The notes: generated from the letters alone by a model not told the origin. DNA of 64,000 nucleotides from Acidobacteriota bacterium (GCA_040005235.1 JBDTZG010000028.1:6940-70939), one strand, 5' to 3'. Counted from the stretch's first letter, positions 55,322-62,958 are shown. Numbers and translations: made by a program.

Positions 55322-56821
55322 TCAATCGGTATCCGTCGGAGATTGAGGGCCTTGATGTAGGTCGGGTCTCGCAGCGCTATTGGGCAGCCCTCCAGACCAA
55401 GCTGACCGGGACGAGGTGAGGCGCCCGAGCGGCAGCGCGTTGACGAATTTCTTGAGTACGCCGAGTTGGCGCCGAATGGTCGCGGGGGTGTTCGGGTCGC
55501 CTCCGGAGAGATATCCGAAATGGTCGTAGGTGGCGCCCTGGTCGAACAGAAACTCCCAGGCTTCGGCGCGCGCCGGTTCGGCGAGCTTTTCTGTCAGGGC
55601 GCCGTTGGTATGGGCGCGGGTGCCGCTCTTGCCTCCGACATCTGGGTTGCCGATGAACTGACCGGCGCCTTTGGTCGTAAACGGCTGTACCGCCACCAAA
55701 TGCCCGCCGGCGGCCAAGCGCGGGTATTTCGCTTCCTGAAAGGTGACCTGGGCAATCATGTCGCGCTGCCACTTGGCGACCTCGAGGGGATCGACGGTCT
55801 GGGCCTCCGGCTCGTTGGCGATCTCCCAATAGACGGTGTCGAAGCACCAGAGTTCTTGGACCGTCCACTCGATCACTTTGGCCTGGGCCACGCGCATGCG
55901 CTCGTTCGTCAGGGCCTCCTGGGTGCCTCGCGTGTCGTGGGTCACGAAGTACTCGGGCTTTGAGAACTTCACCGTCTCGAACGTCCCGTCCGACTTCGGC
56001 ATCATCCCCTTGCCGCCCCAGGGACCCTGGGAGAAGAAATCTCCCTCGAACGGCGCGAAGATGGTCACTTCGACGATCATCTTCCTCGGGTCCTGGGCGT
56101 AGGCCACGACATCGCGCAAGCGTTGGAAATACCGCGTGTTCGGCTTGTCCAGGCGCCAGAACGGGTAGGCGTTGGCCGGGAAGTTGGCGCAGTCGGGGCT
56201 CGCCACGGCGCTCGGGCAATAGAGGAACGGGACGTTGTTCGGGTTTTTCTCTCCGGCCAGGGCGATCCAGAGGCGGAGCTTGTTCAGGCCCGCTTCGAAG
56301 GCGGCTTGGATCGTCGTGGGGTAGTTGGTCCAGTTGCATTTGTCGGAGGAGAGTTCGAGGTGGCAGCCGTTGTCAGCCGAGACGCCGACGAGGGTCTGGA
56401 TCGTGTTGCGGTACGAAAAGTAGCGCGAGGCGAAAGGCAGGGCGGCGGTCGTTTTGCCGATCTTGATCGGGGTGATCGTCTGCGTGATGTTGCCGCAACC
56501 GGTGGCGGAAATCGTGGGATCGGCCGGAACGTCGGGGTCGGTGCCCAGCAGCTCGGGCGGATAGAGATCCTCCGAGTCGAGCGAATTCGGGTCGCCGTCG
56601 TAGGGGAGCAAGTCGTCGCCGAGGGTCCACAGCTCGGCGGGCAAGCTGGGGTCGGTGGTCGAGCCACCGTCGCCGAAGACGGAAGAGAGGGGTGGCTCTT
56701 CTTCGGGTCCGGGTGGGGGTTGGGCGGGAAGGGGGGCACCGACCGAGAGGAACGAAAGAAAGATGAAGGCGAGGGTCGCACGGTGGCAGAGGGATAAGAG
56801 TAGCGAGCGAGTTCGGTCCAC
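55322..56821 (-). CDS. secreted glycoside hydrolase clan GH-A (GH5-like) candidate
   Basis: Signal peptide, a Pro/Asp-rich linker and a TIM-barrel-like domain with YWEIANEPE (the NEP acid/base motif). GTG start at 56821 with RBS AAAGGA. Confidence 0.5.
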   Translation of the reverse strand: MDRTRSLLLSLCHRATLAFIFLSFLSVGAPLPAQPPPGPEEEPPLSSVFGDGGSTTDPSLPAELWTLGDDLLPYDGDPNSLDSEDLYPPELLGTDPDVPADPTISATGCGNITQTITPIKIGKTTAALPFASRYFSYRNTIQTLVGVSADNGCHLELSSDKCNWTNYPTTIQAAFEAGLNKLRLWIALAGEKNPNNVPFLYCPSAVASPDCANFPANAYPFWRLDKPNTRYFQRLRDVVAYAQDPRKMIVEVTIFAPFEGDFFSQGPWGGKGMMPKSDGTFETVKFSKPEYFVTHDTRGTQEALTNERMRVAQAKVIEWTVQELWCFDTVYWEIANEPEAQTVDPLEVAKWQRDMIAQVTFQEAKYPRLAAGGHLVAVQPFTTKGAGQFIGNPDVGGKSGTRAHTNGALTEKLAEPARAEAWEFLFDQGATYDHFGYLSGGDPNTPATIRRQLGVLKKFVNALPLGRLTSSRSAWSGGLPNSAARPDLHQGPQSPTDTD

Positions 56822-57041
56822 GGCGCTGTCCTTTCAAGGTTTCCGCGTTACGCGGAAGACTGCTGGAACGGTAGCAGCGCCGACGATATTTTCGCAAACA
56901 ATTTCATCACATTCGGTATGGCTTTCAGATTTCTGCGGCTCTGGGGTGACCTGGGAACTGAGACGGATGGGAGCGGGCGTTTTCTGCCCGCGGGGCGATG
57001 ACGATGAACGGTGAGGACCCTAAGAGCCAAATGCTCCCAAT

Positions 57042-57060
57042 GAGGAAACCAGGTTTCCTC
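57042..57060. promoter_or_regulatory. perfect 19-bp palindrome in the divergent GH5-like/R3 intergenic region
   Basis: GAGGAAACC-A-GGTTTCCTC, about 100 bp upstream of the R3 start. Confidence 0.4.
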
Positions 57061-57158
57061 TCTGTGCGGCGGGCAGGCGTCCCAATTTATTTGTTGTCAC
57101 GAAAAGTGCCTCAGCGGCAACAAGATGTATTAAAGACACCAGACCCCGGAGAACCGCG

Positions 57159-58613
57159 ATGCCCAAGGTGGACCTGCCGCCGACGAATGCGGCGCTATTG
57201 ATTTTGCGCATCCTGTGTCGCCTGACACAGGATGAGTTCGGCGAGCTGACCGGCATGAAGAGCCGGATCGTCGAGATCGAGAATGGCCGGTATGTCCTTA
57301 AGCGCGCCGAGCTCGAAGATCTGGTGGAGGAGCTCAAGGTGTCGGCCTACGCGGTGCCGGTCGCCCTCGGCCTATCGGAGCTGGTGTTGCCGTCGACCGA
57401 CAAGACCCCCCACCCCTGGGAGGCGACGCCCGACGCGCGGTTTCAGGCCGAGCGCGCGACCCTCGAATCGTCCGCCATCGTGCGCCGTCTGTTCCTCGCC
57501 GAAGCGCGCGCGGAGCGCTACGCGGCGGACCGCGAGGAGGCCGAGCGCCTCTGGAAGCTGCTTGCGCCGCTCAATCGCGACCGGCGGCGGGTGATGGCCC
57601 GGATCGTCGATTTCTCGACCTGGGCGGTGGTCGAGCGCCTCTGCATCGAGAGCCTCAGGGGAGCGCCTCGGGATCCCGGGGCCGCCCGCTCGCTCGCCGA
57701 GCTGGCCGTTGAGGTGGCCCAGAGGATTCCGCCGCTGCCCAGGTTCAGCGATCGGGTGGAAGGGTACGCCCAGGCCCACTTGGGCAACGCCTTTCGAGTC
57801 GGGAACGACTTTGACGAGGCGGTTCGCGCTTTCGCGCTCGTCGCGAAACTTTGGATCGAGTTCCTGCCGGGCGAGGCCTGCCCGTTTGACGTGACGCTGA
57901 TCCCCGACCTAGAAGCTTCTCTGCGCCGCGATCAGCGTCAATTCTCCTTAGCGTTCGCTGGGCACGACCGGGCTCTTTCCTTCGCTGTCGAGGATGCGAT
58001 CCGCGGGCGCATCCTCCTCAATAAGGCAGTGACATTCGAGCATTCCGGCGATCCAGTTGGTGCGGTTGCAACTCTCAGCGCTGCTCAGCCTCTTATCGAC
58101 ACGAGCAACGAAACCCGGCTGGGTTGTGTCGCGCGTTTCAACTTGGCGGTCAACCTCCTCCATCTTGGAAACGCCTTAGATGCCGAGCCGCTGATCGCCG
58201 AGGTGCGGGCGCTTGCGATCGAACAGCGAAACGAGCTTGACCTGATCCGGGTCCTTTGGCTCTCCGGCCGCCTTGCCGCCGCGCAAGGAGATCGGGCGAA
58301 GGCGATGGTCTCGATCGATGACGCGGCCTGTCGCTTCGCCGAACAGGGCCTCGGATATGACGCCGCACTGGCGGTGCTCGACCTCGCGGGGCTGCTCTTG
58401 GAAGAAGGCAACCCGAGAGAGGCAGCCCGGAGGGTGGCCGAGGTGCAACCCACTTTCCACGTGCGAAACATTCACCGGGAGGAACTGGCGAGCCTGGTTC
58501 TGTTCCTCCAAGCCGTCGAAACCGAAGCGGCGACCGCCGCGCTGGCGCGCGCGGCGGCCGAGGCCTGGAGGTTGTTCGGCACGCCCGTTCCTTTCGGAAG
58601 TCTGGCCGACTGA
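57159..58613 (+). CDS. long XRE-HTH regulator with helical-repeat (TPR-like) C-terminal domain (R3)
   Basis: HTH LTQDEFGELTGMKSRIVEIENG. Signature FSTWAVVERLCIESL. The C-terminal repeats are collinear with R1. Confidence 0.75.
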   Translation: MPKVDLPPTNAALLILRILCRLTQDEFGELTGMKSRIVEIENGRYVLKRAELEDLVEELKVSAYAVPVALGLSELVLPSTDKTPHPWEATPDARFQAERATLESSAIVRRLFLAEARAERYAADREEAERLWKLLAPLNRDRRRVMARIVDFSTWAVVERLCIESLRGAPRDPGAARSLAELAVEVAQRIPPLPRFSDRVEGYAQAHLGNAFRVGNDFDEAVRAFALVAKLWIEFLPGEACPFDVTLIPDLEASLRRDQRQFSLAFAGHDRALSFAVEDAIRGRILLNKAVTFEHSGDPVGAVATLSAAQPLIDTSNETRLGCVARFNLAVNLLHLGNALDAEPLIAEVRALAIEQRNELDLIRVLWLSGRLAAAQGDRAKAMVSIDDAACRFAEQGLGYDAALAVLDLAGLLLEEGNPREAARRVAEVQPTFHVRNIHREELASLVLFLQAVETEAATAALARAAAEAWRLFGTPVPFGSLAD

Positions 58614-58619
58614 AATGAA

Positions 58620-58952
58620 CTACTGGCCGCAGCGACCCTCTGGGTCGACGACGCAACCCGCGTCGCGAAGGATCGGCGCCGGGGCACTCGACGAACCGCA
58701 GCGGCCGTAGGGATCGAGGCTGCAGCCCACGTCGCTGAGGATCGGCACCGGGGCGCTCGACGGGCCGCGGCCGCCGTGGGGGTCGAGGCTGCAGCCCTCC
58801 TCCTCCCAGAGGGCCGAAAGAAACGACCAGCCGCGGGCGAACAGGTCGGGGAGGGTGCGATCGAGCGGCAAGGCGCCGGCCGGGAAGGCACTGAGGAGGA
58901 AGAGGGCTAGCAGAGCGACGGCGAGGGCGAGGTGACGCTTCGGTTGGGGCAT
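58620..58952 (-). CDS. small secreted Cys-loop repeat peptide (pepB, 110 aa)
   Basis: Signal peptide MPQPKRHLALAVALLALFLLSAFPAGA, then FLSALW and three modules: GCSLDPHGGRGPSS, GCSLDPYGRCGSS and the terminal GCVVDPEGRCGQ. The modules are encoded by 69-bp tandem DNA repeats. Confidence 0.7.
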   Translation of the reverse strand: MPQPKRHLALAVALLALFLLSAFPAGALPLDRTLPDLFARGWSFLSALWEEEGCSLDPHGGRGPSSAPVPILSDVGCSLDPYGRCGSSSAPAPILRDAGCVVDPEGRCGQ

Positions 58953-59028
58953 GGCGGTGGGCTCCTGGTCAGCCCGGGAACCTCCGGCCGGGATGGCCGG
59001 CGGCCCGGTACGAAGGGGTTCAGAGGGT

Positions 59029-59046
59029 AACCCAAGTTTTTGGGTT
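59029..59046. promoter_or_regulatory. AT-rich inverted repeat between pepB and R4
   Basis: AACCCAA-GTTT-TTGGGTT, with perfect 7-bp arms, 22 bp upstream of the R4 ATG. Confidence 0.4.
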
Positions 59047-59067
59047 CATTTTTCTCTTGGAGGGATC

Positions 59068-59955
59068 ATGGAACGGAAATCCGGCAGAACGCGAGACGTT
59101 CGCTCAGGACTCAGTGCGGCACCCACCCCTGGCGCCGCCGCGAAGGGGGGAAGGGCCGCGGCCAAAGCGCGGGACGCCGAGTACTCGGCTCTGTTGGTCC
59201 GGTATATGGATGCGACGGTCGGCCCGCGGCACGACCAGTTCGCGGAGTTGGTCGAGATCAGCGCGGCGCGGGCGAGCCTCTACCGCTACGGCTACAAGGT
59301 GCCCCGGCCCGAGACGAAGGCCCGTTTCTCCGGCCGGGTCGGGCTGCCGATCGAATGGTTCGAGGCGATGACCGCCGACTCGTTGTTTCTCCGCGGCAAA
59401 AGCTCAAAGCCGGCGGGAAGTACTCCCGCAGCCCTGGCGGAAGACCTCTCCCGCCGGCTCGCGGGCCAGCTCGCCCCGCGGTTCGCGGCGTTGCGCAGCG
59501 TAGCCCCCGCCGCCCCTCCTCCTCCTCCTCCTTCGCTCGAACGGGCGGCGGCCGATCGAGCCGAGGCGGACCGGCATTGGACCGAAATCGAGCCGCTCAC
59601 CGCCGCCGAGCGCGCCCTCGCGGTGCCGGAGATCCCGAGGTTCCACTCCTGGGCGCTGGTCGAGCTGCTCTGCGGAAAAAGTGTAGAGGCCGCGCCCGTG
59701 TCGCCGGCCGAAGCGCTCGCCCTCGCCAAGCTGGCCATACGACTGGCCCGCCGGGTCCAAGCAAGCCAAGGATTTCGCGACCGCCTGATGGGCTACGCCC
59801 TCCTCCACTCGGCCGCCGCACTCAAGAGCCTGAACGACCTGCCGCGAGCCCGGGAAGCCCGCGCGCGCGGGCTACGGCTTTTCGCGGCGGGGCGGAAGGA
59901 GGATCCGGGGTTGCTGGATGAAGCGATCGCCGAGGGACTCGCGTCGTCGTCGTAG
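59068..59955 (+). CDS. short XRE-HTH regulator paralog (R4)
   Basis: RBS GGAGGG lies before ATG 59068. HTH-like HDQFAELVEISAARASLYRYG. Signature FHSWALVELLCGKSV. Confidence 0.65.
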   Translation: MERKSGRTRDVRSGLSAAPTPGAAAKGGRAAAKARDAEYSALLVRYMDATVGPRHDQFAELVEISAARASLYRYGYKVPRPETKARFSGRVGLPIEWFEAMTADSLFLRGKSSKPAGSTPAALAEDLSRRLAGQLAPRFAALRSVAPAAPPPPPPSLERAAADRAEADRHWTEIEPLTAAERALAVPEIPRFHSWALVELLCGKSVEAAPVSPAEALALAKLAIRLARRVQASQGFRDRLMGYALLHSAAALKSLNDLPRAREARARGLRLFAAGRKEDPGLLDEAIAEGLASSS

Positions 59956-59985
59956 GGCCGGCGGCATTCTGGGAAAGGGGAGCGC

Positions 59986-60013
59986 GGGCGCCGTCGAGGA
60001 GCGGGCGGCGCCC
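59986..60013. terminator. GC hairpin between convergent R4 and Q1 (bidirectional terminator candidate)
   Basis: GGGCGCCG-N12-CGGCGCCC. An identical copy lies 722 bp away. Confidence 0.45.
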
Positions 60014-60023
60014 GGGAATGCAT

Positions 60024-60584
60024 TCAGGGTGTGGATGCCTGAGCGAGGAAGGCACCAAAGACATCAGTAGGCACGTGGTCGATCTGGGCGCCGGGGCTGT
60101 TTGCGGCTTCAGAGAAGAAGTCCTCTATCGCTTGGACCGACCGAGCGAACGCATCGCTGCAAATTGTTGGAAATGCAGCGCCGAAGCCGAAGGTTTTTGT
60201 CACTTTGCTCGTGCCTTTCCTACCGAACCAAGTGACCGCGGAGACGAAGACTTCGCCTTGTCCTGGAACGTCCCGATAAGCGCAGTGGCCACGCTCGGAA
60301 CCGAATCGGTTCTCGGACAGGGCCTGCTGTAGCCGGCGGACGGCATCCGAAGTACCCCGGGCTCGAATCAGGGTCGTTTGGCCGGGCGACCGCTGGGTGC
60401 TGATCAACAGGCCATCGCGAAAGATGACGTAGTCGATATTTGTCTTGAAGCCGGTCACCTCGTCGTCGACGTGGGCCGTGCGACGAACGAGGTAGCTTTC
60501 GGGTGCCGGCGTCTGAGCCAGCGCCAGCGTGGGCAGGATCAGTGCCAGGGCATAGAGCCAGAAAACGGGTCTAGTTGCTCTCAT
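60024..60584 (-). CDS. secreted protein of unknown function (Q1), tandem paralog of Q2
   Basis: ATG 60584 with RBS GGAGG. Signal peptide ...LALILPTLALAQ. Near-identical to Q2 over 186 aa. Confidence 0.7.
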   Translation of the reverse strand: MRATRPVFWLYALALILPTLALAQTPAPESYLVRRTAHVDDEVTGFKTNIDYVIFRDGLLISTQRSPGQTTLIRARGTSDAVRRLQQALSENRFGSERGHCAYRDVPGQGEVFVSAVTWFGRKGTSKVTKTFGFGAAFPTICSDAFARSVQAIEDFFSEAANSPGAQIDHVPTDVFGAFLAQASTP

Positions 60585-60707
60585 ACGACACCTCCGGGGC
60601 GAGTATTCCACGGAACTACACGAACAATACCGGTTTGCCGGTTACAGCTTGTCAGTGGAGCGAGACATCCGGTTGTCGCCCAGGATTCTTACGGCGAAGG
60701 GACAAGC

Positions 60708-60735
60708 GGGCGCCGTCGAGGAGCGGGCGGCGCCC
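60708..60735. terminator. GC hairpin downstream of Q2 (duplicate of 59986-60013)
   Basis: The same GGGCGCCG-N12-CGGCGCCC hairpin at a +722 bp offset. Confidence 0.4.
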
Positions 60736-60745
60736 GGGCATGCAT

Positions 60746-61306
60746 TCAGGGTATGGATGCCTGAGCGAGGAAGGCACCAAAGACATCTGTAGGCACGTGG
60801 TCGATCTGGGCGCCGGGACTGTTCGCGGCCTCAAAGAAGAAATCCGCGATCGCTCGGACCGAGCGAGCAAATGACTCGCTGCATTGGGACGGGAATGCGG
60901 CGCCAACGCCGAAAGTTTTCGTCACCTGGCTGGTTCCCGTTCTTCCGAACCAAGTTACCGCTGAGACAAAGACTTCGCCTTGCCCCGGGAAGTCGCGATA
61001 CGAGCAGCGATTACCCGCGGTGCCGAACCGGTTCTGGGAAAGCACCTGCTGCAGCCTTCGGACGGCATCTGCCGTGCCCCGGGCTCGAATCAGGGTCGTT
61101 TGGCCCGGCGACCGTTGGGTGCTGATCAATAGGCCGTCTCGAAAGATGACGTAGTCGATATTTGTCTTGAAGCCGGTCACCTCGTCATCGACGTGGGCCG
61201 TCCTCCGGACGAGGTAGCTCTCGGCTGCCGGTGTTTGTGCCAGGGCCAACGTTGGCGGGTTCAGCCCCAGGGTACAGATCCAGAAAAGGTAACTTCTCGC
61301 TCTCAT
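60746..61306 (-). CDS. secreted protein of unknown function (Q2)
   Basis: ATG 61306 with RBS GGAGG. Signal peptide and the same sequence family as Q1. Confidence 0.7.
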   Translation of the reverse strand: MRARSYLFWICTLGLNPPTLALAQTPAAESYLVRRTAHVDDEVTGFKTNIDYVIFRDGLLISTQRSPGQTTLIRARGTADAVRRLQQVLSQNRFGTAGNRCSYRDFPGQGEVFVSAVTWFGRTGTSQVTKTFGVGAAFPSQCSESFARSVRAIADFFFEAANSPGAQIDHVPTDVFGAFLAQASIP

Positions 61307-61332
61307 TCGCCACCTCCAAGCCACAAAGTGCT

Positions 61333-62958
61333 CTAAGGTACTACCTGAACGATACCAGTTTGCCAGTTACAGCTCGCACCCGCAGGGCCAAAGTTCTCAC
61401 CGGCAAGCCACAGGCTCCCGCCAGATGGATCAGCCTGCGCACCTGAGTAGTCGCCCGTTTTGCCTGAGCTTCCCCCTCTTGAGCAGGTTCCCGGCCGCAG
61501 GACGTTCAGGGGTGAGAAAGCCGCAGAGCCCGAGACCCTCGTGAGCCAGCCCGAACCGTGATGCAAGCTAGCCGACCCCATGTGCAGCGCCAGCCCTATT
61601 CGGCCGCTGTTCGTCACAGCGATCGAGGGCATCCAGAGGAAGTTATTAGCCGACAAGCCAACGGTGGTTTGCTCGGCGAGGGGCGCCAGAAATCCGCTGG
61701 TCGTAGGTGCAAGGTTGAAGCGGAGGACCCGGAAGCAAGCTTCATTGTTTCCAGCGGCGATCTGGCATCCGGTAGTCTGAACAGCCCAGATGGAATCACC
61801 GATTCCCGCGACTTGGAGGATTCGGGAATCCCCCGTCTCCAGAGAGATTCCGGCCGGTTGGGGGGCGTCGGGAGGCGTCGTATACATCCGCAGGCCCAGA
61901 ACTTCGGTCATCTCTAGGCGCGGAGCCGTCGTTGCGCCATCGCGAATCCTCCAGACCCGATAACCCTTCGCGGGCGATCCCTTCGCGCTGATCAGATATC
62001 CGGAGGTGCCGCCGGTGGCGCTGGGGAGCGTGTAGTGCTGCACGGGCTGGAGAGTTTGGGCGTTCGCGGCTTCAAACGCGGCAAGCGGGAGAGGGCGGAA
62101 GGTCACAGCGGCAGGAAGTGCCGGGCAAGTTGCGACGTTATTGACCAAAGCTGCCTTGGCTAGTATCCGGAGAAGTGGATATCCACGCGATACATTGGCG
62201 TTATCCACCACGAACTGATTCGTCGTCACCATCACCACGTCTCGCCCCACGCCCAGGCTCGGGTAGTCGGCAATCGCCTTGTCGGCCGTGGTGATGTCCG
62301 TTCGGGCCTCCGTGGAATACCGGCACCACTGTGCGGCATCCAGGCCTGTCGGGTTGGCGCTCCGCGACACGGCGAGAAACAGCTTTTGCGGGTCGCCGTT
62401 GACCACCTTCTCCAGGACGACGACAAAGAAACGCTGGGAGTTGCGATCGTAGAAGACCTTGGGGTCGAAGACCCCCGGCGACTCGGGGATTCCGAAGAAT
62501 GCCGCGGTGGTCCGTGTCACACGGATCGTTCCGTCCGTATTGAACAGCCGCAGGGCGGCGTTGACCGCTTCGAGGACTCGATCGGTGCTGCGGGCGATGC
62601 CGACGTCTGGAGGCGTCTTCTGGCCGCCGGCCAGGTAGTCGAGCCCCGGAAAGCTCGCCGCGAGTGTCGCCGTGCCGGAGCGCGACGCAAGAGCCAGCAC
62701 CACATCGGGCGGCTCGGCGTTGGGATCTATGAGCGCCGCTTCCTGCGCCTTCGTTAGTTCCTCAGGCGTCAAGCCGAAGGGTTCCGGCATCTCTTCGGCC
62801 ACCGAATCGCCGGGGGCCGGGTCGGGGTAGTCCACCTCGGGCAGCGGCTCGACCGGCGCTTCCATCTCCGGTTCGAAGATTTCAACGTCCTGGCTGCGCC
62901 CGGGCCAGGCGGCGAGGACGATTGCGACGCAGAAAATACCGAGCACTCTCGAATACAT
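61333..62958 (-). CDS. large secreted protein of unknown function (Y)
   Basis: Signal peptide MYSRVLGIFCVAIVLAAWPGRSQ and an acidic Pro-rich linker. The body is beta-rich and has no motif I can name. Confidence 0.65.
   Translation of the reverse strand: MYSRVLGIFCVAIVLAAWPGRSQDVEIFEPEMEAPVEPLPEVDYPDPAPGDSVAEEMPEPFGLTPEELTKAQEAALIDPNAEPPDVVLALASRSGTATLAASFPGLDYLAGGQKTPPDVGIARSTDRVLEAVNAALRLFNTDGTIRVTRTTAAFFGIPESPGVFDPKVFYDRNSQRFFVVVLEKVVNGDPQKLFLAVSRSANPTGLDAAQWCRYSTEARTDITTADKAIADYPSLGVGRDVVMVTTNQFVVDNANVSRGYPLLRILAKAALVNNVATCPALPAAVTFRPLPLAAFEAANAQTLQPVQHYTLPSATGGTSGYLISAKGSPAKGYRVWRIRDGATTAPRLEMTEVLGLRMYTTPPDAPQPAGISLETGDSRILQVAGIGDSIWAVQTTGCQIAAGNNEACFRVLRFNLAPTTSGFLAPLAEQTTVGLSANNFLWMPSIAVTNSGRIGLALHMGSASLHHGSGWLTRVSGSAAFSPLNVLRPGTCSRGGSSGKTGDYSGAQADPSGGSLWLAGENFGPAGASCNWQTGIVQVVP

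Noticed and set aside
55095-55325. 76-aa minus-strand ORF starting with TTG-ATG coupled to the GH5-like stop
   Set aside because: The translation is Arg/Ser/Thr-rich and not protein-like, while the alternative frame over the same DNA reads as plausible protein (see the gene X finding). It is kept only as a possible frameshift entry point.
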